Part shown: positions 29,547-38,530 of the stretch, one piece after another
Position numbering within the stretch: the first letter of the stretch is position 1
Layout: each line of letters starts with the position of its first letter
Origin: Caldisericota bacterium
Lineage (GTDB): Bacteria; Caldisericota; Caldisericia; B22-G15
Length of the DNA: 45,438 nucleotides
NCBI GenBank assembly: GCA_029553255.1
Contig: JAKPCM010000163.1
Coordinates: 1 to 45,438, forward strand
Reading direction: 5' to 3'
The notes under the pieces: generated by a model
Seen by the model: only the letters and a program-made list of their open reading frames with translations
Database searches by the model: none
Told to the model about the DNA's origin: nothing
Position numbers and translations under genes: made by a program

Positions 29547-30441
29547 TTTCTAATAATGATTCTGAATTATAAAAAACAAGATTAGTAAAATCTCTTGAAC
29601 CGAGATTTGTTAAAACCTTATTTGGTCCAACCTCATAAAAATTTTTTACACCTAACTCTTCCATTTTTGTTATTGTTTGTATCCATCTTACTGGTCTTGT
29701 TATCTGATTAGATAAAACCTCTTTTATTAGATTGCCATCTGAAAGTTCTTGATTTGTAACACTTGAAATATAACCAAATTTAGGATTTAAGAAATTAAAA
29801 TTAGTCAAGACTTTACTAAATTCATCCTCTGCCTTTTTCATCAAAGGAGAGTGAAATGGTAAAGATGTTTTAAGAGGAATTAATCTACCTCTTTTCTCCG
29901 AGACTAAGTTTTTTAAATCCTCCAAAAGATTTTCTTCAAGAGAAAAAACGGTTTGAGTTTTTGAGTTATATCCAGCAATCTGAACTATACCTTTATCTTG
30001 TAAATTACTAATAATCTCTTCAATGTCATCAAGGTTTAAATTCAATATTGCAACTTGAACTCCTTTGATATTACCAATAAATTTTTTCATTGTTCTTGCT
30101 CTTTCTCTAATAAGAATCAAAGCATCTTCAAATGCAAGAGAATTTGCACATAATAAAGCGCTATATTCTCCAAGAGAATTACCAGCAACATAATCAGGTG
30201 TTAAACCATTTTTCTCTAAATATTTAAAATGGATATAACTTGTTAAAAGAATAGTTATTTGAGCATTTTCTGTATCTTTTAAAACTTCATCGTCCGCTTC
30301 AAACAGAAGATACTCTAAATCCATATTTAAAATCTTTTGTGCCTCTTTTAAATAACTGTACCCATCTTCATATTTAGAAAGAATTGCCTTTCCCATACCT
30401 TTATACTGTGAACCCTGCCCTGGAAAAATAAATCCCTTCAT
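29524..30441 (-). CDS. fabD: Malonyl-CoA:ACP transacylase
   Basis: [24 protein letters not shown] (a GHSLGE variant carrying the active Ser) and RPVRW are present. Confidence 0.85.
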   Translation of the reverse strand: MKGFIFPGQGSQYKGMGKAILSKYEDGYSYLKEAQKILNMDLEYLLFEADDEVLKDTENAQITILLTSYIHFKYLEKNGLTPDYVAGNSLGEYSALLCANSLAFEDALILIRERARTMKKFIGNIKGVQVAILNLNLDDIEEIISNLQDKGIVQIAGYNSKTQTVFSLEENLLEDLKNLVSEKRGRLIPLKTSLPFHSPLMKKAEDEFSKVLTNFNFLNPKFGYISSVTNQELSDGNLIKEVLSNQITRPVRWIQTITKMEELGVKNFYEVGPNKVLTNLGSRDFTNLVFYNSESLLENEKYERI

Positions 30442-30442
30442 T

Positions 30443-30871
30443 TTACTTTAATAATTCCTCCTTTCTTTTTAATGTAGCAAAGATAACTCCTTCTGCTACA
30501 ATTTCATCATCTACAGATGCAGAAACTTTAAATTTTATAAAACCCATTTTTTTAAATAAAACTTCAGATTTTAGAATTAGTAAACTTGAAGGAAAAACTG
30601 GTTTTTTGAAAACGAAATCCTCTACTTTTACAAAAATAGGAAAAAGATCCTCCTCGCTTTTATCGAAGATTAGAAGTGATGCCTGTGCAAGAGCTTCAAC
30701 TATTAAAACGCCAGGCATTACAGGTAAATCAGGGAAATGTGCTTTAACCCAAAACTCGTCATTTCTAATTTTTTTTGATGCAGTTATTTTCTTCCCTTCT
30801 TCTCTTTCTAAAATCTCATCAACAAAAATAAATGGCTCTCTATGTGGAAGTAATTTTTTTATTTCTTCCAT
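30443..30871 (-). CDS. fabZ: 3-hydroxyacyl-[ACP] dehydratase
   Basis: LPHREPFIFVD and HFPDLPVMPGVLIVEALAQ are present. The start overlaps the anti-sigma-like ORF by 13 nt. Confidence 0.9.
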   Translation of the reverse strand: MEEIKKLLPHREPFIFVDEILEREEGKKITASKKIRNDEFWVKAHFPDLPVMPGVLIVEALAQASLLIFDKSEEDLFPIFVKVEDFVFKKPVFPSSLLILKSEVLFKKMGFIKFKVSASVDDEIVAEGVIFATLKRKEELLK

Positions 30872-31062
30872 ATCTTTCTCCCTAATAAAGTAATAACTAC
30901 AATTCCAATTGAAATTAAAGATATAGTTAGAATAATGTTTTTTTTCTCTCTTTTAATGAATTTCTCCCCAATTAGACTATTTATAACTTTTTCTGAAACC
31001 CCGTCGAGATTTGTTAAATTTAAATTTCTTAACTCTTTTTTTATTGTTTCATATTTCTCCAT
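30859..31062 (-). CDS. Small single-pass membrane protein in the anti-sigma position (putative minimal anti-sigma factor)
   Basis: I moved the start to ATG 31062 (AGAGGA plus a 6-nt spacer). There is a ~45-aa cytoplasmic N-terminus, then the TM helix IILTISLISIGIVVITLL. It overlaps the sigma gene 3' end and the fabZ 5' end. No zf-HC2 motif is present. Confidence 0.45.
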   Translation of the reverse strand: MEKYETIKKELRNLNLTNLDGVSEKVINSLIGEKFIKREKKNIILTISLISIGIVVITLLGRKIWKK

Positions 31063-31582
31063 ATTCATCCTCTATTATTTTCTTAAGATTTTTTCTTGCT
31101 CTAAACAATCTAACTTTCACTAAATCCATAGAAATCTTAAGTATTTTACTTATTTCATCATAACTGAACTCTTGAATATCTCTCAAAATTATTATTTCCC
31201 TATCTTTTTCATTAAGTTTGTTTAATGCATTTATTATTTTATTTCTTCTTTCATTTTCCAACAATTCATCAACAATTGATGTTGTTTTTTCTTCCTCTTT
31301 TGAAATTAATTTTTTTTCAATATTTGTTTTTTTAATTTTTTTAAAGCAACTATTTCTTGCAATTCTTAATAACCAATATTTAAAATCTTCTTCATTTCTC
31401 AAGCTCTTTAAGTTTATAAAAGCTTTTAAAAAAGTTTCCTGTGCCAAATCTTTTGCTTCCTCCTCATCTCTTATAATGTAGTAACAATATGTAATAATCT
31501 CTTTTTCATAATTCTCTACAAGTTGTGCAAAAGCACTTACTTCTCCTTTTTTAGCCTTTCTTATTAATTCTTTCTCAATCAT
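31049..31582 (-). CDS. ECF-type RNA polymerase sigma-70 family factor
   Basis: Region 2 is DLAQETFLKAFINL ... WLLRIARNSCF. Region 4 is EKDREIIILRDIQEFSYDEISKILKISMDLVKVRLFRARKNL. The 177-aa size is typical of group 4 sigmas. Confidence 0.85.
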   Translation of the reverse strand: MIEKELIRKAKKGEVSAFAQLVENYEKEIITYCYYIIRDEEEAKDLAQETFLKAFINLKSLRNEEDFKYWLLRIARNSCFKKIKKTNIEKKLISKEEEKTTSIVDELLENERRNKIINALNKLNEKDREIIILRDIQEFSYDEISKILKISMDLVKVRLFRARKNLKKIIEDEYGEI

Positions 31583-31671
31583 TAAAAAAGATTCCCTTTT
31601 CTAAATTTTGTTACAAAAATTTTTTAACTTAATGATATAATTTTATATTATAATTAATTTGGAGGTGGAAA

Positions 31672-32505
31672 TTGGAACTTACAGGAAATTTGAAGGATTT
31701 TTCAATAGAGGACTTATTAAAATTTATAAACTTATCTAAAAGAACAGGTGTGATTTACATTAAAGGAAATGTGGAAAAAGAAGGTGAAAAAGAAGGGAAA
31801 ATTTTTTGTAAAGATGGAAATATTATTGATGCAGAACTTGGCGATAGAAGTGGAGAAAATGCTTTTTATGTTATTTTAACAATGAAAGAAGGAACATTCA
31901 ATTTTTCAAAAGAATTACCAAAAGATAGGGCTGTAAAAATAAACAAACAACTCGAAGAACTTTTGTTCGAGGGAGCAAAACAAGTTGAAGTTATTGATGA
32001 TGTTTTAAAAAAATTACCCTCTCTCGATACAATTTTTAGAGTTAATCCAACTCCTCCATCAGCAAAGATAAGTTTAAATAAAGATGAATGGATGATACTA
32101 AATAAATTTAGAGATGGAAAAACAATTAGGGAAGTAAAAAATGAAGTCAATTTAAATGAGATTGATGTTTTAAGAACTGTTCTATCTTTAATTAATGCCA
32201 ATCTTATAGTTCGTGAAGAAGTTGATATTATGAAAATAGTACCAGAGCATTCAGATAAAGCAAAATCTATAATAAAAACATATTCTGGTCTTGATATAAG
32301 TTTATTCCCAACAAATAATGTTAGAGCAAATAATTTTTTCTTTAAAGTTGATGGGAAAAAGGATCTTGAAACTATTATGAACGAAATGAAATTGAAAAGA
32401 AAGGATGCTCTTTCTCTTTTTATGCTACTGATAAAAGAAGGTGCTTTAAAAGTAAGAATTTCACCAAGTTTATTCAATAAAATTGAAGAAGAGCTAAAGA
32501 AATAA
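31672..32505 (+). CDS. DUF4388 (PATAN-like) domain protein
   Basis: TTG start with GGAGGTG 4 nt upstream. The N-terminus LTGNLKDFSIEDLLKFINLSKRTGVIYI ... GKIFCKDGNIIDAELG ... GENAFYVIL is the DUF4388 signature. Confidence 0.65.
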   Translation: MELTGNLKDFSIEDLLKFINLSKRTGVIYIKGNVEKEGEKEGKIFCKDGNIIDAELGDRSGENAFYVILTMKEGTFNFSKELPKDRAVKINKQLEELLFEGAKQVEVIDDVLKKLPSLDTIFRVNPTPPSAKISLNKDEWMILNKFRDGKTIREVKNEVNLNEIDVLRTVLSLINANLIVREEVDIMKIVPEHSDKAKSIIKTYSGLDISLFPTNNVRANNFFFKVDGKKDLETIMNEMKLKRKDALSLFMLLIKEGALKVRISPSLFNKIEEELKK

Positions 32506-32514
32506 GAAATCTAA

Positions 32515-34428
32515 ATGAGAAAATTTATAAATATTATATTTCTATTTCTTCTATTTTTTATTATATTTCCATTAAATGTTCAAGCAAAAGATTATTATTT
32601 TAAAGAAGTTTTAACAAATATATATATTAATCAAGACGGTTCTTTTGATGTTGAAATAGAAAGAACATATCATTTTTCAGGAAGTTTCTCTTGGGCAACT
32701 TATTACATTGATAAAAAGGGTTTTAATGAAATTGAAGATTTTATTTTGAAAGATGATTTTGGAGAATTTAAGAGAACTGATTATGAAACACAAGAAGAGA
32801 GAACATATACTTTTCAAAACCTTGGGAATATGTATTCAATTAAATTTTTTTATAAAGCAGAAAATGAAGATAAAACATTCTATTTTAAATATAAAGTTTT
32901 AGGAGGAATAAATTCATATCTTGATATTGCTGATTTTTATTGGAAAGTAATTGAGGACAGATGGGAAGAGGATACAAAATATTTTGAATGCAAAATCTAT
33001 TTTCCAGAAGAGATTAACGAAGATAGTTTTTATGTTTTTGCGCATGGACCTCTTTGGGGTGAGATTGAAAAAAATAATGGAAAAGGAGCTATTCTTACTA
33101 TAAAAGATCTTCCTAAAAATACCTTTGTCGAAGCAAGAATTCTTTTCCCCTCATATATACTTAATGTTCAAAAAATCGGAGAATATAAATTAGATGAAAT
33201 TCTCTCTTACGAAAGAGAACTCGCAAATGAATCTAATTTAGAAAGAAATAAAGCTAAATTAATAATATACATATTAATTTTAATTCCATTAATAATATTA
33301 GCTATCTGCTTTTTTCTTTTTAGAAAATATGGAATTGAGTTTAAACCATCTAAAGATTATCTTTATATTAGAGAACCTCCGGATAATCTCCCTCCATCTA
33401 TTGTTGGTTATCTTTTTAAATGGAAACAGGTTGATGCAAAAGACTTCACAGCAACATTAATGGATCTAATAAGAAAAGGTTACATAAAAATTGAAACCAA
33501 AGAAAAAGAAGTTGGTTTATTATTTAAAAGAACCAAAAACATTTTATTTTTTACAAAGACAAATAAAAGTAGTAATGATTTAAAAATTTATGAAAAAATA
33601 ATATATGATTTTCTTTTTAGCAGTTTAACATATAGTGATGTTATAAATTTTTACTCAAATAAAAGCTCTTTAAAAATAATTGAATCTCTATTCAAAGGAA
33701 AATCAGGTTTGTTACCTGATATTGCTGGAAAAAATGAAACAACAGTTTCAACAGAAGATATTAATAACTTCATTAAGAAACATCCTCAAGAATTTAGAAC
33801 AATTTTTAATGCATTTAGTGAAAACATTAAAGAAGAAGGAGGAGAGCTTGGTTATTTTGAAGAGACTGGATTTAAGATAGGAATTATCTTGGCGATTTTT
33901 TCTATTATTTTTTTAGTTTTAACTATTTATTTTGCTATTATGTATAATGTTACATTTCTTATCATATATTCAATAATAATATCTGGTTTAACTATTCTTT
34001 TATCAATTTTTATGCCAAGAAGATCAAAGGTTGGTTTTGAGACATTTAATAAGTGGAATGGATTAAGAAGATTTTTAACAGATTTTTCGAATTTAAGAGA
34101 GGCTATTCCAAAATCAATTATAATTTGGGATAAATATCTTGTTTATGCAGTAACCTTTGGAATTGCAGAAAAAGTTATAGATGAACTTAAGATATTATTA
34201 CCAAATATAAATGAAAATGAAATATCAAAAAGTTATTTAATAGGAGCATTTTATAGTAGCGGTTCTTTTAATTTTGATTCATTTTCTATGAATTTAACAT
34301 CAATGATATCATCTTTTAATTCTATAACACAAATTGCCTCATCTTCACTTTCATCATCAGGTGGAGGGGGAGGATTTTCTGGTGGTGGAGGTGGAGGTGG
34401 TGGTGGAGGTGGAGGCGGTGCAGGTTAA
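32515..34428 (+). CDS. DUF2207-family membrane protein with a poly-glycine C-terminal tail
   Basis: Signal/TM segment, a large extracytoplasmic N-domain, several TM helices, and a C-terminal SSSGGGGGFSGGGGGGGGGGGGGAG tail characteristic of DUF2207 proteins. Confidence 0.65.
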   Translation: MRKFINIIFLFLLFFIIFPLNVQAKDYYFKEVLTNIYINQDGSFDVEIERTYHFSGSFSWATYYIDKKGFNEIEDFILKDDFGEFKRTDYETQEERTYTFQNLGNMYSIKFFYKAENEDKTFYFKYKVLGGINSYLDIADFYWKVIEDRWEEDTKYFECKIYFPEEINEDSFYVFAHGPLWGEIEKNNGKGAILTIKDLPKNTFVEARILFPSYILNVQKIGEYKLDEILSYERELANESNLERNKAKLIIYILILIPLIILAICFFLFRKYGIEFKPSKDYLYIREPPDNLPPSIVGYLFKWKQVDAKDFTATLMDLIRKGYIKIETKEKEVGLLFKRTKNILFFTKTNKSSNDLKIYEKIIYDFLFSSLTYSDVINFYSNKSSLKIIESLFKGKSGLLPDIAGKNETTVSTEDINNFIKKHPQEFRTIFNAFSENIKEEGGELGYFEETGFKIGIILAIFSIIFLVLTIYFAIMYNVTFLIIYSIIISGLTILLSIFMPRRSKVGFETFNKWNGLRRFLTDFSNLREAIPKSIIIWDKYLVYAVTFGIAEKVIDELKILLPNINENEISKSYLIGAFYSSGSFNFDSFSMNLTSMISSFNSITQIASSSLSSSGGGGGFSGGGGGGGGGGGGGAG

Positions 34429-34431
34429 GAT

Positions 34432-35193
34432 TTAAATCAATATTCTTTTAACTTCAATTTCGAAATCTTTAATAAAAATTTTTGCTTTTTCTTTGAAGCT
34501 ATTAATATCACCGGTTGTATAAAACTCTAAAACAGATTTATCTTTATTATCAATATAATTTTTTATATATTTGATTATTTCTTTTGCAGGATCAACTATT
34601 TTTACATCAGGAAGAATTTTTAAAATTAAGTCTTGAAGCGCAGGGAAATGTGTGCATCCAAGTATCAATGTATCAACAAATTTAATTTTTTCTAATGTTT
34701 CCTTTGCAATCAGATATGTTGGGTCGTTGTTAATTATCCCATTTTCTACAATATTCACAAGTTCTTGAGAACCAACCTCATAAACTTTAACATTACTATC
34801 TTTTGATAAAATTTTATCTCTGTAAATATGAGTATTAGCAGTAAGAGGAGTTGAAATAACACCTATTAAACCATTTTTTGTTATTTTTAAACTCTTTTCA
34901 ACTGCACCATCGATTACACCGATAATTGGAACCTCATATTTTTTCTTTAAATGATCAAGTGCTATAGAACTAACTGTATTACAAGCAACTATTATTAAAT
35001 CAACTTTTTGAGAAATTAAAAATTCTGTTATTTTTTCACTTCTATCTATTATTTCACCGTCTGATTTTAAACCATACGGGTAGTAATTTTCATCCCCTAT
35101 ATAAAAATATATATTATTAGGAAATTTTTCATAAATTACTTTTAAAACTGAAAGTCCACCTATTCCAGAATCGAATATTCCTATTTTGCTCAT
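34432..35193 (-). CDS. murI: Glutamate racemase
   Basis: IGIFDSGIGGLSV, VACNTVS and LGCTHFP are present. The ATG overlaps the amidase stop (ATGA). Confidence 0.9.
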   Translation of the reverse strand: MSKIGIFDSGIGGLSVLKVIYEKFPNNIYFYIGDENYYPYGLKSDGEIIDRSEKITEFLISQKVDLIIVACNTVSSIALDHLKKKYEVPIIGVIDGAVEKSLKITKNGLIGVISTPLTANTHIYRDKILSKDSNVKVYEVGSQELVNIVENGIINNDPTYLIAKETLEKIKFVDTLILGCTHFPALQDLILKILPDVKIVDPAKEIIKYIKNYIDNKDKSVLEFYTTGDINSFKEKAKIFIKDFEIEVKRILI

Positions 35194-37487
35194 TGACTGA
35201 AATATTCATTTATAGCATCAAAAATAGCATTTGCAAGCCTTTGTCTTATATTTTCATCGAGAATCATTTTTTCTTCATTTGGGTTAGAAATATATAAAGG
35301 CTCTAATAAAACACTTGGCATAGTATTTATATCTTTAACAACCTGAAAACCTCTATTTCTTACACCTCTATCAATTGTGTTCAATGTATTGATGATTTTT
35401 TTATGTACTAACTCAGCAAATTTTAAACTTGCTGGATGAAAATAATATGTTTCAGTTCCAGATATGTCACTCGAAGTAGATGCATTTAAATGAAATGAAA
35501 TAAAAAGATCTGCTCCAGAAGAATTAGCTATTGTCACTCTTTCGTCAAGATGTGGAGTTAATTTATCATTCTCCTTTGTTCTTGTCATTATTACTTTTGC
35601 TCCAGATACTTCAAGCAAATTTTTTACTCTAATTGCGATATCGAGAATAATTTTGCTTTCAAAAGCTCCAGAAGGACCAACTGCTCCTACATCATAATAA
35701 ATACCATCTGTATAAGCACCATGTCCGGGATCCAAAATAATAATTTTATCTTTTAAACCTTTTGATAGCTCCTTTGTAAATGTTATCTTGATAGATGGTG
35801 GGGTTTTTGAAGAAGTGATTTGAACATCTGGTAGATTTTTAGATCTTTTTAAAACAACTGTAGTTATAGGTAATTTTGAACCACTCCTTGGTGTAGTTGA
35901 AATATTTATTACTGCTTCATTATCTTTTAAATTTGTATCTGGATATGGTAAAGCATTGATATTCAAAGTAACCGAATCAGTTTGAATTGATTGAGTAAAT
36001 TTTGCTTGAAAAGATAAAATAAGTGTGTATATCTCTTTAAATTCTGATTCCTGATTAAAATTTATTTCAAAAATATAAGGGTCAAGATAGGTAATTTTAT
36101 TACTTTTATCAAAATTTACAGAACAATCAATAACAAATGGAATATATTCTAAAGGAATAAATAAAATATCGTTTGTTATTACAGGACTTAAAGTAAAATT
36201 TTTTGTTTTATCACCCTTTTTAACTGTTGAACTTTCATTAATTTCAACTTTTAAACCTCTAAAAAAGAAGGAAAGAGTTTTTTCTTTTTCATCCCATGTT
36301 GCAGGATACCCAAGAGATTCAAAGAGAGATTTTGCTGGTATATAAAGGGTGTTGTTTTTCTCAAATGGTGAAGGAAATATTGATAAAAAAGTATCTGATA
36401 GATAAATTGGGTAACTAATTGATACTCCTTTTGATAAAATAGTTATAGAAAGGCCAGTTGATGTTCTTTTTATATCATATTTATATTCTTGATTAAGATC
36501 TATAACAATTCTTACAACTGATGGATCAAGTGAATATTGGCTGCATCTAACTTTTAAAACAGAATATTTATTGATGTCTTTTGATAATGGTCCTGACAGA
36601 AGTATTGAATTACTTAAATCTACAACAATTCTAATTGGATTATAAAGAACTGTTACTGTATAATCTTTTATTTCATTGCTACTTATTATATCAATTACAA
36701 TATTTCCTGCCTCATCTTTAAAAGAAATATCATTTATCTGTATTTTTGATTCAATTACTGTTGTCTCCCCACTCCATTTAATCCAATAAATTTTTCCACT
36801 ATAAACAATTTCATGATAAATTATGTCTGGGAAAATAAGTGACGTACCTACAACTTTTATCTTTGACTTCGATGAAATTATATCACTTCTCTTCATCTCC
36901 TCTGATGGTCCATCATAAAGGAATTTTTCAACTTCAAGAGTTATCTCTTTGTCAATTAATTTTGTATCAACAACTTTTTGAATATATATGAGATTTACCT
37001 TTTCTGAGAATATCCATCCAATGTTTTGATCAACTTTAGAAAAATACCATATCTCATTTGATGAATTTAATGCCATACCTAAAATAATTATTTTTGTATC
37101 TGGTTCAACAGCTCTTACAACTTCATAAGAAATTGATGGACCTGTCCTTAAATTTGTATATTCTTTAACTACACCAGAATTCTCTTTTTTTGTCTCTTCT
37201 GTTTTGTTCACTTCAACAACCCATGAAGCAACATAACCTTCTTTTCCAAGTTTCTCTATCTTTATCTTGTACCATATTCTTCCATCTGAATCTTTTGCTT
37301 CAGACAAAACTTTAAGTACCATTCTTTCAGTTATTGTTGTGAGAATATCATAGGAAAGACCAGGACCAGTTCTTATATTTGTCGGTGGAGTTATAATGAC
37401 CTCTTTTGTAATATTTTGTGCAAAAATTGGAAATATTGATGAAAAAATAAATATTATAACTATTATTCTTATAAATTTAATATCCAT
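35190..37487 (-). CDS. Multidomain N-acetylmuramoyl-L-alanine amidase (signal peptide, ~3 SH3b, AMIN-like, copper-amine-oxidase-N-like, Amidase_3)
   Basis: I moved the start to ATG 37487 (GGAGG plus a 6-nt spacer; protein starts MDIKFIRIIVIIF). SH3b-like repeats are TNIRTGPGLSYDIL.. and TNLRTGPSISYEVV... There is an LYIPAKSLFESLGYPATWDEKEKTL stalk domain. The C-terminal Amidase_3 domain shows IIILDPGHGA, LFISFHLNA and LLEPLYISNP. Confidence 0.8.
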   Translation of the reverse strand: MDIKFIRIIVIIFIFSSIFPIFAQNITKEVIITPPTNIRTGPGLSYDILTTITERMVLKVLSEAKDSDGRIWYKIKIEKLGKEGYVASWVVEVNKTEETKKENSGVVKEYTNLRTGPSISYEVVRAVEPDTKIIILGMALNSSNEIWYFSKVDQNIGWIFSEKVNLIYIQKVVDTKLIDKEITLEVEKFLYDGPSEEMKRSDIISSKSKIKVVGTSLIFPDIIYHEIVYSGKIYWIKWSGETTVIESKIQINDISFKDEAGNIVIDIISSNEIKDYTVTVLYNPIRIVVDLSNSILLSGPLSKDINKYSVLKVRCSQYSLDPSVVRIVIDLNQEYKYDIKRTSTGLSITILSKGVSISYPIYLSDTFLSIFPSPFEKNNTLYIPAKSLFESLGYPATWDEKEKTLSFFFRGLKVEINESSTVKKGDKTKNFTLSPVITNDILFIPLEYIPFVIDCSVNFDKSNKITYLDPYIFEINFNQESEFKEIYTLILSFQAKFTQSIQTDSVTLNINALPYPDTNLKDNEAVINISTTPRSGSKLPITTVVLKRSKNLPDVQITSSKTPPSIKITFTKELSKGLKDKIIILDPGHGAYTDGIYYDVGAVGPSGAFESKIILDIAIRVKNLLEVSGAKVIMTRTKENDKLTPHLDERVTIANSSGADLFISFHLNASTSSDISGTETYYFHPASLKFAELVHKKIINTLNTIDRGVRNRGFQVVKDINTMPSVLLEPLYISNPNEEKMILDENIRQRLANAIFDAINEYFSQ

Positions 37488-37935
37488 ACTTTGCCTCCCT
37501 TTCAATTCTTCTTCTCAGCTCTTTCTCTTTAATCCCTTTTCTTTTATCATAAAGTTTCTTACCTTTTCCAACTGCAAGTTCAACTTTTATTAACCCCTTT
37601 TCATTTAAATATATTGTAATAGGAACAACCGTATAACCCTTTTCACTGACTTTCCCAATTAATCTCTGTATTTGTCTTTTATGTAATAGTAATTTTCTTT
37701 TTCTCATCCTTTGATGATTTCTGAAAGAAGCCTCAGGATATGGACCTATATCTAAATTTATTAAATATGCTTGACCATTTTCAAATCTAACATAAGAATC
37801 TTTAAAGCTGACTCTTCCTTCTTTAATAGATTTTACTTCTGTCCCTAATAAAGATATTCCACTTTCAATTTTTTCTTCAATATCAATTGTCATTAATGCT
37901 TTTTTATTTGTTGCTATAACTTTTTCTACTGGCAT
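37477..37935 (-). CDS. smpB: SsrA-binding protein
   Basis: IATNKKA ... ESGISLLGTEVKSIKEGRVSFKDSYV ... LLLHKRQI, plus a basic C-terminal tail. Confidence 0.9.
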   Translation of the reverse strand: MPVEKVIATNKKALMTIDIEEKIESGISLLGTEVKSIKEGRVSFKDSYVRFENGQAYLINLDIGPYPEASFRNHQRMRKRKLLLHKRQIQRLIGKVSEKGYTVVPITIYLNEKGLIKVELAVGKGKKLYDKRKGIKEKELRRRIEREAKYGY

Positions 37936-37944
37936 CTTTTATCC

Positions 37945-37972
37945 ATTATACAATTTGATATAATTTTTTCAA
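37945..37972 (-). promoter_or_regulatory. Sigma70 promoter for smpB (TTGAAA-N16-TATAAT) placed 9 nt before the ATG
   Basis: On the minus strand, TTGAAA is at 37972..37967 and TATAAT at 37950..37945, with the ATG at 37935. No SD lies in between (ggataaaag). Confidence 0.45.
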
Positions 37973-37997
37973 CTTTGTTTCATAATTTTGTTATAAT
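37956..37997 (+). promoter_or_regulatory. Plus-strand extended -10 promoters for the LapA-like gene
   Basis: TGATATAAT is at 37956..37964. TGTTATAAT is at 37989..37997, with TTCAAC at 37968..37973 (N18). Both lie upstream of the ATG at 38033. Confidence 0.45.
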
Positions 37998-38032
37998 AAA
38001 GAAAATTTGATAAAATTTTATAGGAGGTGAAA

Positions 38033-38476
38033 ATGATTAGGACAGTTATATATTTGATTCTTTTTATTCTGGCTATTGTTTTTTTGTTCCAGAACGGAGG
38101 TCAACCTGTAACTCTAAAATTTTTATCTTGGGAAACCCCCTCACCCATTCCTGCTGGTTTTGTATTCATCATTGCATTACTTATAGGCGCTGTAATTGTT
38201 TGGCTTTATCATCTTCCTCAAATTATTACACTTAAAAATAAATTAAAAGGTCTTGATAGAAAAATTACACTTCTTATGGAAGATATTAAAAGAAAAGAAA
38301 ATGAATTAAATGAAATTAAAAAAACAAAAGAAGATTTAGAGAAAAAATTAAGTGAGAAAAAGGAGGAGATCCAAGAAGGAAAAAAGACAGAAGAAGTAAA
38401 AGAAGAAGAAAAGGAAGTAGAAAGTAAAAAGAGCTCAATATTTGATTTTTTAAAGAGAAAAAAAGAAAATGAGTGA
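38033..38476 (+). CDS. LapA-domain (DUF1049) inner-membrane protein with a charged coiled-coil tail
   Basis: I moved the start to ATG 38033 (GGAGG plus a 5-nt spacer). FLFQNGGQPVTLKFLSWETPSPIPAGFVFIIALLIGAVIVWL is LapA_dom-like. The C-terminal half is E/K-rich. Confidence 0.6.
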   Translation: MIRTVIYLILFILAIVFLFQNGGQPVTLKFLSWETPSPIPAGFVFIIALLIGAVIVWLYHLPQIITLKNKLKGLDRKITLLMEDIKRKENELNEIKKTKEDLEKKLSEKKEEIQEGKKTEEVKEEEKEVESKKSSIFDFLKRKKENE

Positions 38477-38530
38477 AAAATTTTTTACCTTACAAAAAGA
38501 GACTATATGTTTTTATAAAATTTAGAAAAT

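Noticed and set aside
31866-32477. 203-aa minus-strand ORF, strikingly long for an AT-rich genome
   Set aside because: It lies fully antisense to the well-supported DUF4388 gene. It is S/F/I/L-rich, as expected when K/E/N-rich codons are read backwards. It has no SD and no recognisable motif, so it is a shadow ORF.
34360-34428. GGN-rich tract (GGTGGAGG repeats) as a possible slippage/contingency repeat or foreign GC island
   Set aside because: It simply encodes the poly-glycine C-terminal tail that is a normal hallmark of DUF2207 proteins. It is in frame and ends at the stop codon.
38477-38530. preQ1 riboswitch upstream of queT
   Set aside because: An A-rich tract (CCTTACAAAAAAGAGACTA) is present. 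I could not find the P1 hairpin or the pseudoknot partner of preQ1-I, nor anything like preQ1-II/III. This needs an Infernal scan to be definitive.
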